Shown piece after piece: positions 1 through 11,320 of a stretch of DNA of 34,020 nt; the stretch's first letter is position 1; every line of letters begins with the position of its first letter. Made by a program: the position numbers and the translations under genes. This DNA comes from Chiloscyllium plagiosum (Eukaryota): NCBI RefSeq assembly GCF_004010195.1, contig NC_057719.1, positions 51,927,894 through 51,961,913 on the forward strand. The letters are read 5' to 3'. The notes under the pieces were generated by a model that saw nothing but the letters and a program-made list of their open reading frames with translations, was not told the DNA's origin and ran no database searches.

Positions 1-112
1 CCCTACATACGCTCCACCCCCCGACCGACCCTGCAAACTGACCTTAAACACACCAGACCCAGTAAATGGACCACACGCACCCACACACCCAACCCCAGAT
101 TCTACAAACTGA

Positions 113-145
<33 letters not shown>
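1..145. repeat. CA-rich minisatellite (CCCTGCAAACTGACC-CACAC type units) ending in a (CA)n microsatellite
   Basis: CTGCAAACTGACC, GTAAATGGACC and CTACAAACTGATC variants at about 40 bp spacing; pure (CA)n at 114-145; same unit family as 1840-2205. Confidence 0.8.
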
Positions 146-148
<3 letters not shown>

Positions 149-256
149 CGACCTGGCACATCCACAACTGTCACTTATTGTATCCGTTGCTCCCGATGTG
201 GTCTCCCTTATGTTGGGGAGACCGGACGCCTTCTTGTAGAGCGCTTTAGGAAACAT

Positions 257-287
<31 letters not shown>

Positions 288-972
288 CGACCTGGCACAT
301 CCACAACTGTCACTTATTGTATCCGTTGCTCCCGATGTGGTCTCCCTTATGTTGGGGAGACCGGACGCCTTCTTGTAGAGCGCTTTAGGAAACATCTCTG
401 GGACACTCGCACCAATCAACCCTACCACCCCATGGCCGAACATTTCAACTCCCCTCCCACTCTGCCGAGGACATGCAGGTCCTGGGCCTCCTCCACCACC
501 ACTCCCTCACCACCTGACGCCTGGGGGAAGAATGCCTCATCTTCCGCCTTGGTTCACTTCAACCCCAGGGCATCAATGTGGACTTCACCAGTTTCCTCAG
601 CCTCGGAACACTTCAACCCCAGGGCATCAATGTGGACTTCAACAGTTTCCTCATTTCCCGTTCCCACACCTTACCTCAATTCCAACCTTCCAGCTCAGCA
701 CCATCCTGATGACCTGTCCTACCTGCCAATCTCCTTTCCCACCTATCTGCCCCACCCTCCCCTCTGACCTATCACCTTCATCTCAACCCCCATCCACCTA
801 TTGTACTCTTGGCTACCTTCTCCCCAGCCCCATCCCCTTCCCATTTATCTCTCCATCCCAGAGGCCCCTTGTCTTCATTCCTGATGAAGAGCTTTTGCCC
901 GGAATGTCGATTTCCCTGCTCCTCGGATGCTGCCTGACCGGCTGTGCTTTTCCAGCACCACTCTAATCTAGA
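146..972 (+). mobile_element. Penelope-like retroelement, 3' fragment (GIY-YIG endonuclease remnant plus 3' end/pLTR)
   Basis: Translation VTYCIRCSRCGLPYVGETGRLLVERFRKH...MAEHFNS, then a frameshift to HSAEDMQVLGL...*RLGEECLIFRLGSLQPQGINVDF, matches the PLE GIY-YIG motifs. It is followed by a C-rich UTR and a CTGATGAAG...GCTGCCTGACC...TTTCCAGC tail shared with 14940-15037 and 27373-27497. Confidence 0.9.
877..912 (+). ncRNA. Minimal hammerhead ribozyme motif, degenerate
   Basis: attc-CTGATGA-a-gagc-tttt-gccc-GGAA-tGTC-gatt; the GAAA core is mutated to GGAA. Confidence 0.7.
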
Positions 973-1816
973 ACATAGAATAATACAGCACAGAACAGGC
1001 CCTTCGGCCTCGATGTTGCGCCGACCTGTGAACTATTCTCAGCTCGTTCCCCTACGCCATCCCATCATCATCCATGTGCTTATCTAAGGATTGTTTACAT
1101 ATCCCTTTTGTGTCTGAGTTGACTACATTAGCAGGTAGGGCATTCCACGCCCTTACCACTCTCTCCATGTGCTTACATAAGGATTGTTTAAATCCCCCTA
1201 ATGTGGCTGAGTTGACTACATTAGCAGGTAGGGCATTCTACACATTTACGGCTCTCTGCGTAAAGAACTTGCCTCTGGCATCTGTCTTAAATCTATCACC
1301 CTTCAATTTGTAGTTATGCCCCCTCATACATCATCCTAGGAAAGAGTCTTTCACTGTCTACCCTATCTAATCCTCTGATCATCTTGTATGTCTCTATCAA
1401 ATCCCCTCTTAGCCTTCTTCTTTCCAATGAGAACAGACCCAAGTCTCTCAGCCTTTCCTCATAAGACCTTCCCTCCAGACCAGGCAACATCCTGATAAAT
1501 CTCCTCTGCACCTTTTCCAATGCTTCCACATCCTTCCCGAAATATGGGGACCAGAACTGTACACAATATTCCAAGTGTGGCCGCACCAGCGTTTTGTATA
1601 GTTACAGAATGATATTTCGGCTCCGGAACTCAATCCCTCAACAAATGAAACCTAACACATCGTCTGCCTTCTTAACAGCACTATTCACCTGGGTGGCAAC
1701 CTTCAGGGATCTAGGTACTTGGACTCCAAGATCCCTCTGCCCATCCACACTACCAAGAATCTTTCCATCGACCCAGTACTCTGCCTTCCTGTTATTCCTC
1801 CCAAAGTGCATCACCC
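969..1816 (-). mobile_element. CR1-clade LINE (HER1-like), 5'-truncated RT C-terminus and 3' tail
   Basis: Minus-strand ORFs read VMHFGRNN...DLGVQV..SLKVATQVNSAVKKA and [14 protein letters not shown]...[13 protein letters not shown]...[25 protein letters not shown]; (TAGAACA)n tail at 969. Confidence 0.93.
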
Positions 1817-1835
1817 TGGGCGGCACGGTGGCTCC
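1817..1835 (+). mobile_element. HE1 SINE 5' head fragment
   Basis: GGGCGGCACGGTGGCTC matches the start of the HE1 copies at 23472 and 29068. Confidence 0.55.
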
Positions 1836-1839
1836 GACT

Positions 1840-2205
1840 TAACTGACCATGCACACCCCACTGAACCTGCAAACTGACCTCACACACACCCCACGCCCAG
1901 CCCCTGCAAACTGACCACACACACCCTCAGCCCCTGCAAACTGATCACACACACACATCTGATCCTGCAAACTGACCCCACACACACCTGACCCTGCAAA
2001 CTGACCACACACATCCCCCGATCCTGCAAACTGACCACAAAAGCTCCCAGACCCTACACACCGACCACACAAATTCCCCAGACCCTGCAGACTAACCACA
2101 CACACACACAGTGTAGACGTGTAGACCCCGCAAACTGATCACATAGCCACTGGACCCCACAAACTGACCACATACTTCCAGGTCCTACAAACTGACCGTA
2201 CACCC
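1840..2205. repeat. Minisatellite, about 30-bp degenerate unit CCCTGCAAACTGACCACACACAC...
   Basis: About 12 recurrences of (C/T)(G/A)CAAACTGA(C/T)C separated by CA/C-rich spacers. Confidence 0.9.
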
Positions 2206-2209
2206 CATT

Positions 2210-2480
2210 ATTCATCCTATCCAGTCTCTAAATAATCTTGTTTGTTTCAGTGAAATCACCTCCTATTCGTCTAATCTTCAATAGCTATAGACCATCCTAT
2301 TCAAACTTCCTTGTTAAGAAAAGCCATCAATCCTAGGAATGGGTTAAGTGAACCTTCTCTAAATTGCTTGAAATGCAATTTTATTCTTTTTTTGAAGAAA
2401 GATAGCAACAGTACTCCAAGATAGCAACAGTACTCATCTCACCAAGGCACTGTACAGCTGCAGTATAACTTACCATCTTC
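2210..2480 (-). mobile_element. Old CR1 LINE fragment
   Basis: Degenerate similarity to the RT 3' region of the CR1 at 969-1816 (GTGAACCTTCTCT, CAGTACTCCAAG, CTGTACAGCTGCAG); includes a 19-bp tandem duplication at 2401-2435. Confidence 0.6.
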
Positions 2481-3593
2481 ATTCTCTAAAGTATGTGTTT
2501 TACGTATTGTTGTAGGCTTTGTTTGCCTTTCCAGGTTAGGAACTATTAACATTGACATCAAAAGCTGAACATGTCAACTTTTAAAGAGAGATTCAAGCAA
2601 CTCAGTTTACCAAATTCTAATGGAGATGACGTAGACACTAGTTGCAGTCACTCTGTTATTTACCCCTGTCTTTTTGCAGTAATGGCTAGTTTTCATAATT
2701 ACAAGACTTGTAGCAGAAACAATCAGACAGTTGAAAGCAATGCAGAAAACAACTTGAAGAGAAATGCATAGGGTCATTTAACTCTTGTTCTACTCAATTC
2801 TTCACCATAATTTAACAGGTCCCTAATCTTATAGCAGTCATTGTTCTATTCCAGAAAGCTGGATGGTGAAGGTCAGGACTACTAACAATCTCCACTTTTA
2901 TGTTTATGGAACTATAAATTACAAATTTAAGACACTAATTTGATTCCTTATCATTTGCTCACTTAGGCCCTCCCTAGACACTCAGAGCATTGCCTTTATC
3001 TTGCTTATTCATGCAGTGACATAACCAGCCAGATTGCCAAGTTGGTCCTCAGTCAAAGAGGCAGACATCTTGCTGTATTGTTATTGTTCTAGGTCAATCT
3101 CACTCCTTCACCATGTGCCTACAGCTAATGTTCCAAGCACACTGCATGTGTGGCAAGCAAGCAGCCACTTCTCCAAGTCTTTGGGTAGTGGTCCTCACTG
3201 AAATCCATGGAAGCACTCATCAGTCAGGGGATTTTGGCACAGCAAGAAAAAGGAATCCTCCAATTCCACTTTGGGACATGGCTGCTCTCAGACTGTGGTT
3301 GGGAGTATTCTTGATCAGAGATCACAATAAGACCTGTGGCTCCTTAGTGGCCAGACTGGGGTTTGAGCAAACAGAGTCAGGAGAGGTATAATTATCGGTC
3401 AGGGATCTGGGCACTACTCATCCAGGGCTGTCTGGTTAGGTAGCTCAAGGGCCACAGTCTGTTTATTTGGTCTGTCCAGATCAACTAAGTAGAAAAGGGA
3501 TTTGGAGATGGAGGGGCGGAGGGAGGGGTAGGTCAGTTGTATGAGGCAGCCACCCTTAGACAACAGCTGCTCCCATTGCTTAAATATGATGAT

Positions 3594-3805
3594 TTGGAGA
3601 TGCCAGTATTGGACTGAGGTGTACAAAGTTGAAAATCACACAACACAGGTTGCAGTCCAACAGGTTTATTCGGAAGCACTAGCTTTTGGAGTGCTGCTTC
3701 TTCATCATGGTATGGACAACCACCTAATGAAAGAGCAGCACTCTGAAAGCTAGTGCTTCTGAATAAACCTGTTGGACTACAACCTGGCATTGTGTGAATT
3801 TTAAC
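3594..3805. mobile_element. Short fold-back PLE-derived element (inverted pLTRs, hammerhead motif on each strand) with a 15-bp TSD
   Basis: Arms at about 3628-3708 and 3726-3805 are reverse complements; cac-CTAATGA-a-agag-cagca-ctct-GAAA-gcta-gtg at 3721-3755; identical CTTAAATATGATGAT at 3579-3593 and 3806-3820. Confidence 0.85.
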
Positions 3806-3839
3806 CTTAAATATGATGATGGCTTTGTTGTTGTTCTTT

Positions 3840-3856
3840 GCACCACCTAGTGGTGA
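3840..3856 (-). promoter_or_regulatory. Candidate CTCF site
   Basis: Minus strand reads TCACCACTAGGTGGTGC, close to the CCACYAGRKGGCRC consensus. Confidence 0.4.
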
Positions 3857-4181
3857 AATTCATAGTTCTCTCTTTTTAAAAGTCTGATTTGAACAAATTA
3901 GAGCAAAACAGCAAATTATCATCACTGGTACTTATGAAAATATAGTGAGATGTATAAGACACCACAATTTGGCACCATCTTAATTACAGAAAATATAAAA
4001 AGAAATAATTGAGACAAAGTTAGGACAGAGTTCATCTTTTGTTCCCTCCATGGCTCCGGGGTTTATGGAATGGCTACGGGACACCATCGCCAAAGCAGTT
4101 CCCGAGGCCACCAGAGCAATGGCTTCCAGACCAGACCCACCAAACTGCCCACCTCTAAAGCTGACAGTGAATCTGCTCCAT

Positions 4182-4267
4182 CATTGTCACAGCAAGGAGG
4201 GACAGACCAGACACACCAAGTTGCCATTGTCACAGCAAGGAGGGACAGACCAGACACACCAAGTTGC
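4182..4267. repeat. Perfect 43-bp tandem duplication
   Basis: CATTGTCACAGCAAGGAGGGACAGACCAGACACACCAAGTTGC occurs twice. Confidence 0.95.
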
Positions 4268-4565
4268 CAACGCTGAAACCATCGCCACTTCAGTTGCTGC
4301 CCGAAGTTGTCACATTGCTGCCATAGTCATGAGGAATCAACTGGAACCACCAGGCAACCACTGCTGTAGCCACCGCTGTGCTGAAAAGCTCAAGTCTTTC
4401 CATTTTGAATCATAGCTCAGACATCTAAGATAAGGGATCAGCCTTGTCACTTTCTGTGCATTTGTTGAATACTTCAAATGTATAGTATCAATCAGAAATG
4501 AATATTGTGCACTGTTTGATCATAGCAGTATACCCTTTGATCATAATTTACTTAATTATAAGTAA

Positions 4566-4777
4566 CTGGCTCATTGGTTTACAGAGCAGTATGATTCCAA
4601 CAGGGTGAGTTCAATTCCCATCACCAATTTGAGGTTACCATGTAATATTCTCCTTCTGAACCTCTTCCCTTGGCTGAGGTCTGGTGGCCCTCAAGTTAAA
4701 CCACAACTAGTCACCTCTCTCTAATGAGAGCAGCCCGTATGGTCTGGTAAGACTATGGCGACACAACAACAACAACC
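4566..4777 (+). mobile_element. tRNA-derived SINE with (CAA)n tail
   Basis: A-box-like TGGCTCATTGG, B-box-like GAGTTCAATTCC, (ACA)n tail, and flanking TAATTATAA(G/T)TAA repeats at 4553-4565 and 4778-4790. Confidence 0.75.
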
Positions 4778-4886
4778 TAATTATAATTAATTTAATTAAA
4801 TTATAATTTACTTAATTAACTATAATACTACTTATTTGACTACTTAGCTCCACATTTAATTAATTTTGCTGATGGCTACTCTACAT

Positions 4887-4973
4887 TCATTTTATATATC
4901 ACACATTAAGTTGACTAAAGTACCTGGATCATTTATATATCATATTAAATTGACTAAGGTACCTGGATCATTT
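4887..4973. repeat. Diverged tandem duplication of about 40 bp
   Basis: TCATTT(T)ATATATCA..CATTAA.TTGACTAA.GTACCTGGA occurs twice. Confidence 0.85.
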
Positions 4974-7900
4974 CAATTCAGTCTTTAACTATGTCAACAT
5001 TATTCAAAGAGTACACTCACCATCCATTTATTCCCCATATGCAATGAAGAGAAATTGGTGATTAATTTATATAGATTTATCTGATGCATCTCAGAGCATT
5101 GCAACACAGATTGGCCTAAGTACAGGAGTATGAAGAAGATACTAACTTTCCATCTGGACCTAGGAATGATAAACAACATGGGACATATTAAAAGTGAAAC
5201 TCTATTAATAAATACATCACCTCAAATTCCAGAGTGAATTATGTGGGTTCAGGCTACAGTGCAGTTGGTGTACTTTGTGAACTCAGCAAAGCCTGCAGTG
5301 ACAGAGCTCATCTCAACTCTGTGGGACTTTGCTCAAATAATAAATTACTAAATCCTTACCAGAACATTGAATTGCAAGGACACAATCATAGCTCATGAGT
5401 TGCCTGCTCAATGCATGTTACAATTCTAACAAATTCAGTAACCAAGATATTAACACATCTTTTGTTTTACAGATAGTGACATACCTACTTTGTATTTCAT
5501 GTACATTCGATTTATATTTCCAATTTTTGGTACCTTATTTTCATTTATCCTTATTTACATTTGACAGAGCAAGAAGAATATATCTGAAATACAGCACAAT
5601 ATGGCTTTCTTTACATTTACAGTATAATTTAGGTTTCTTTAGAATTACAAGTTGGAAACCAATATTATAACATTTTCACAATATTACCCCTTTTAAAACT
5701 TGTTTCTACATTATTTCTAAAATGGAAAATATATAAATTAATGCTTTTTTAAAAACTAAAGTATGGGTTATAATAATTATTATTGTCACTTAAGAAGGAA
5801 GCAAGTTTCTTGCAATCAAATTACTTTGAATTGAAGCAATTTGTACTTGTACTGTAGTATTACTCATTAAAATTATGTTAATATAGTTTTATTTCTGTAA
5901 AGTACTAAGACATTTTGCTTTGGTAGGGAAGTACCACTAGATGTCCTAATAAGTTTATGTCTTTACAAATTTCCGAAAGTTTTTTACTTGAGAAATCATT
6001 AGCCTTTAAAATATGAGGTGGTTAGGATCAATTAGATATTATTCAAATTGTGGCACTGATTATCTAACGTAAGCTTCCTTTGCAGGTTTGAACCTGAATT
6101 GAAAAGCTTGAAATTAATTTGGGCATGTTCAACAGATCCATACCTTGAACCTCACATAATATCACTGAAAGAATTCTTGACCTAGTGTCTTTGACTAGTA
6201 CATTTTCCAGCTTCAAATTTACAAATGTTATAATGGGACTTAAAGATGCTTACCTTATTGATAGGGAGGTGATCCTAAAGTACAGGAGTAAAATGCAGTT
6301 AAAATATTTGAGACTAACCCCAATATTAAATAATGGCTGCTGAGCCTCATTATTGCTCTGAACTTTTTTCTGAAAAAAAATTTTAATCACTAAATTCAGT
6401 CCATTTAGAGCAGACCAAAAATTAGAATTTAAATTTCACTAATGGAAAATAAGATATCACTTTGGTAATAATTTTCTGATTTACCTGGTCTACGAATCAC
6501 TTAGCGATTCGTTCCTAGTATTCCATTACATCCAATAAAGAGGAAATGAGCTACAATTTAGGTTTAATGTGTGCTGTGTCTGGATATCAAAATCTGCATC
6601 AGACTTATAGAATATTTTTATATTAAATCTTAAAAATCAATACCCAAATTATGATAGATGTTCACTTAAAATCATTCAACATAGTGACAAAATAGATGTG
6701 TCCTTCCTCCATTTCAACAATCAAACTCCTCCACCCTACCACCCCCCCCACCCCAATAAGACATTCTAGTTGACTTGAAAAGTAAATATTACTTCTGTTT
6801 TTATCTGAACGCATAATAATGTGTAAAGTTACTTGGGACTTTGTATGGTTGGTAAAGAATGATTGTAAAATCATAATAATGTGTCAAACAAGATGGGGTG
6901 GGGTGGAGGATTTGTGGTTAAAGGGGCTAGAAATATTTATATCACCATGGCGGTGTGAGAAAGCTGGACGGAATGTTTTGTGAATAACTGAGCAGAGAAC
7001 AAAGCTGACTGTTTTTCATCAATTTTCCCTTCATTTTAATTCTGACCAGTGAGCTACAATAATATTGGGAATACAAACTGCTCTGTGCTGCTGCCTAATA
7101 GCATTTGAAAAATGAGTGCAATGCAAAGCAAACATGGATACACATTCTGTGCCTGAAATAGCATAAGGCTTAAATTTTCACTAGCTTTTCTAACAAAGTA
7201 GTATTATGATGTGTAATACCCTTGATATTACTCCCATTCATCTAGGCATTTTGCTATTATTGATTTACATATAGATTACTTGTAAATCTAATTTATAGAC
7301 TCAGAACATAAAAGTGAGTATAAACAAAGAGAAATTAGCACATACAATTGTGACTTGAGGGATGTACCAACTCAGTCCATATATTCATTTTCTCACTGTT
7401 ATAATTAAGCATTCAGCCATAATTATCCTCCATAGCCATGAAACACACCATATTTCAAGTGACTTATATTGGTTACAACAAATGCGAAAATACAGAATAC
7501 ATCTTAGAGAGAATAAAAATAAACTGAAAAGCAATATCATGGTGAAACACTAGCGAAATAATTAAAACTGCTATGTCTAAAATTCTTGGCTTAATTTCAG
7601 ACCTGTTTTGAACCATTGTAAATTGGAGGAAATGCCGGTTCCTTAGCTTGAAAATTGAGCCATTATAATGAGCTGAGATATGTTTGGACACAGGGGTCAC
7701 TTAAATCAATCCAAAGAACATGAAAATTCAGGTTTGCCAAATTGTATGCATAAGGTACAGATGATCTGATTTGCCATCACAATCTATTGAAGATGCATTA
7801 TTGGGCTTTTTAACTTGCAGCAGGATATTGCCTCATCAGCTACATGGGTTGCCCCAGTAACATGAGAACCAGATGTGGGCCACATAGTACTGAATACATT

Positions 7901-8449
7901 TATTACAGTTCTTGGTATCAACGTATATTATAATCACAGGCACTTTAATAAGGAACCCAATCATTGTGGGACTGCAGTAGAGTGAGAACTCAGCAAAGTG
8001 AAACAAAAACCAAGAGGTTTACTGACTGATATTAGAAATTTGCTTCAAAGTAGAAATTCAGTGCAAAGGAGAACAGAAGTGCATTAACTAGGGTTTACTG
8101 CAAGAAATAAACTCTCCAGAACATGAGGTAAATGGGAGACGATAAAAGTTGTGCAGCATAAGGCTGACCTGTAGTGAGACCAATGGCGGAGAAATGTCAC
8201 GAAGCAGTGTGACATGAGTGCAAGGAATGAAGTATATTGGTGAGTAGGATTGGTGAATATTCCTAATCTTTATAAGTAAAAGCAAAGTCTTAAGTTTGTG
8301 TTTAATTTTAGTGTTTTCTATTTTCTCTTCTTAATAACTGCTTAAATATTAGATTGATATAAATATTATTTTATATTTAAGCTTATAAAGGCTATGTATC
8401 AGCATATTCAAGTCTAAAGAACAGGGAATCATGAGTAATTAACCCTATA

Positions 8450-10620
8450 GTTAATCAATTATGATAGTTTCACAAGATGGGTGATGTGTTATCACTGCAA
8501 CATATGGAACCTTCTGGACTCCAGTATGATCCAGAACAAACACATCTGTAGTAAATGTTGTCTAGCTCAAAGAACTTCAGATCTGAGTTGAGGAAATCGA
8601 GTCTGAACTGCAAATATTGTGCCACATCAAGGAAGGATAAGGTTACCTGGACCCTTTGCTCCAGAAGGAGGTCACACCCATCAGATTAGGTAATTCAAAA
8701 TGAGTGTATGATCAGAGGCAGGACAGTGTGATTACTGGTGAGACACATACGGGAATACGGCGAGTTGCAATTGAGGAGCCTCAGCCCCTGCAATTGTCTA
8801 TTAGTTACAAGGATCTTGTAGGCTATGTAGATGAGAAGGGGGACAACAGAGAGGATGAGAAAACTGACCATATCTCCTTGGTAAAGAGAACCATTCAATT
8901 GTGAGGGAAGGAAATATTAATGTAGTTCTGTGAGGAACCGTACAATTAGAAGGATAGATCCTGTTTTCTCTCTGTTTAGCTGTGAGTGCGATTCTTGAAG
9001 GCTACTTTGCCATCCCAGTCCTAGAGTTCAGTTCATCTCCTTGAGGATGAAGAACCTGGGGGGAGGGGGCGGGAGAGCGAGCGAGAGAGAGGGAGACAAA
9101 GAGAGAGATTCAGAAGTTGTCATGAGAGTCGCATGAACTGTGCTGCGACCAGTCTCCTGGCAAAAAAAGTAACTTGGGCCAGAAAGAGGGCTTTAAAATA
9201 ATTAAATGGAAGGTTTGGGAGAGGGGAAATGTGGGCTTACAATGCAGAAGGATATGGCAGCATTATTGGCCAGCTATTTGGATAATAATTCCCAGTATGG
9301 AATAGGAAGGGGCAGCATATAAGAACATAGGAAAATATCAGTAAGTAGTGTCAAAAGGGAAAATGTGATAAAAAGACAAAATTAATACCCCTTTATATCA
9401 ATGTGTGAAGAACTTGGAACAAAATAGATGAATTATCTGCACAAATGCAGATTAACGAGTGTGATAATAAAGCCATTACAGACACATGGATATGAGGAGA
9501 TCAAAGCTGGAAACTAAATGCTTGGGCACATATGACCTTTTGTAAGAACAGGCAGCAAGGACAGGATAGTGGGGTAACATTATTGGAATGGGATGGAACA
9601 AGATGATGTGGAATCCATACCAGTAGAGGTAAGAAATAAAAAGGGAAAGAGGGCATTGGTAGAGGTCATCCATAGAATGTCTAATAGTTGCTATCTGGTG
9701 GGACAGAGAATAAACTAGGAGATAATGAGGACATGTTACAATACATTACATCAATCATACATGACTTTAGTCTTTGTATGGATTAGGACAGTTAGTTTGG
9801 CAGATGAAGCCATGAAGAAGGGTTCAAAGAGTATAATCGGGACAATTTTCTAATTCAACATTTGGTGGATCCAACCAGGGATCAGGCTATTTTGGATCTG
9901 GTGGTGTGAGATGGGTTTAATAAATCATGTCAGCATAAAAGATCCCCTTAGAAACAGTGACTATATCATGGTGGAATTTAGCTTTCAGTTTGAGCGGACA
10001 TGACTTGGGTTGGAAATAACTGTGCCAAGCTTAAATAACAGTAATATCAAAAGAATGAGTGGGAAAGGGGTTTAGCACCAAAGACAGTTAAGGATCAATA
10101 GCAAATGTTTAAGAAAATAGTTCATGGCTCACAACAAAGATGTATCTCAATGATAAAGAAGGACTCTAGGAAGATGATAAGACAGCCATGGTTCACCAGG
10201 GAAGTTAAGGATAGATCAAATTGAAACAAAAAGTATACACTGTGGCAAGGGTTAGAGGGGTAAGCATAGATTAGACAAAATTTTAAACAAAAATAGGCAA
10301 CCACAAAAGAAATAGAGATAGAAAATAAACATGGAGGATAACCTTGCAAATAGTATCATGATGGACGGCAAGAGATGCTTTAAATTTATTTAAAAAAAGA
10401 GACGTCATGGTGAACGTACGTTCCTTAAACAATGAGGCTGGGGAAACAATAATGGGTAACAAAGAAATGGCGAAGTGTTGAATAAATACTTTGCATCAGT
10501 CTTCACAGTAGAATACATGAATAGCATTTCAAAAATCCCAAAATGTTGAAGGGGTATGTGTAGAAGAGGATGCAAATACAGTAACTATCACTGCATAAAA
10601 AGTGCTAGGGAACTAATGGG
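8450..10620 (+). mobile_element. Old CR1 LINE: ORF1 (zinc finger and esterase) plus ORF2 endonuclease remnants, 3' part missing
   Basis: About 8481: VMCYHCNIW...HICSKC. About 8773: EEPQPLQLSISYKDL. About 9390: LYINV*RTWNKIDEL.AQMQIN..D..AITDTW. About 9880: DQAILDLV. About 10485: LNKYFASVFTVE. Many stops and frameshifts. Confidence 0.85.
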
Positions 10621-10624
10621 GCTA

Positions 10625-10822
10625 CAGCAACAAGGGCACTACCACCTGCAAGTATCCCTCCAAAGCACTCACTATCCAGACCTAGAAATATACTGTTGTG
10701 GGTCTAAATCTCGGAACTTCCTCTTTAACAATATTGTGGGGACACTTACACCAAATAAACTTCAGCAGTTCAAGAGGGCAGATTGTCTCCTAGGGGCAGA
10801 TAATAAATGCTGCCCACAGCAT
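10625..10822 (+). mobile_element. 3' end of a second LINE family (CR1/L2 group)
   Basis: ACCACCTGCAAG..CCCTCCAA, TCGGAACTTCCTC (WNSLP-like), CAGTTCAAGAGGGCAG and AATAAATGCTG resemble a common shark LINE 3' end. Confidence 0.55.
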
Positions 10823-11124
10823 TAACCTTTTCAAACCTTTATACTTGTGTACAACAAATGCCTACTGCCGTATGGATCCATGGATGACAGTAGCCCTAAT
10901 TATATCATTAAAAGAGCATTAATCAAGAACAAGACCAGCCACTGAATGTGGCTCGGTATTCACTAATTTTGGATTGACAATGGTGTTTGCTTAATTATAC
11001 AGCACTTGAGTTTCCCAGCATGTACCTCGATAGTAATTGAGGTAAGAGAGGCAAATTATTCTTCTCCCCTCTGGCCAGGAACTCTAAAGCAAGATGGTGG
11101 TGACTGCACTAAAATTAAAAAAAA

Positions 11125-11320
11125 AGAGTACTGGAAGGCAGAACTGGTAACATTTTAGAGAAAGCAAAAGATAACCAGAATTAATGTTTCAGGTCTGTGG
11201 CTAGAGATTACAGACCTGAAACATTAATTCCATTTTTCTTCACAGGTTTTGCTGGACCTGCGCAGTGTTTGCAGTGTTGTCTTTTATGTTTCAAACCTAC
11301 AGCATCTAACATTTTGCTAA
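11125..11320. mobile_element. Old fold-back PLE-derived element
   Basis: Perfect 21-bp inverted repeat at 11178-11198 and 11210-11230. The right side (GACCTGAAACATTAA...GCTGGACCTGC...CAGCATCT) resembles PLE tails elsewhere in the window. Confidence 0.6.

Noticed and set aside
1839..2105. Cys/Gly-rich repeat ORF (CGQFAG) and CVCVCV ORFs at 113-443
   Set aside because: These are translations of the minisatellite and the (CA)n tract.
1840..2205. CRISPR-like repeat/spacer appearance
   Set aside because: Repeats are degenerate, spacers are similar low-complexity CA runs, there are no cas genes, and the context is vertebrate.
2571..2771. Short ORF after a TTTCCAG acceptor-like site
   Set aside because: No recognisable domain or partner exons; compatible with chance.
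6086..6185. Possible terminal exon after CTTTGCAG
   Set aside because: The 32-codon peptide is unrecognisable and has no other support.
5279..7998. GAACTCAGCAAAG occurring at about 5279 and 7985
   Set aside because: A single 13-mer match with no extension; plausible by chance.
9058..9108. G/GA-rich tract
   Set aside because: Simple low-complexity expansion inside the CR1 remnant.
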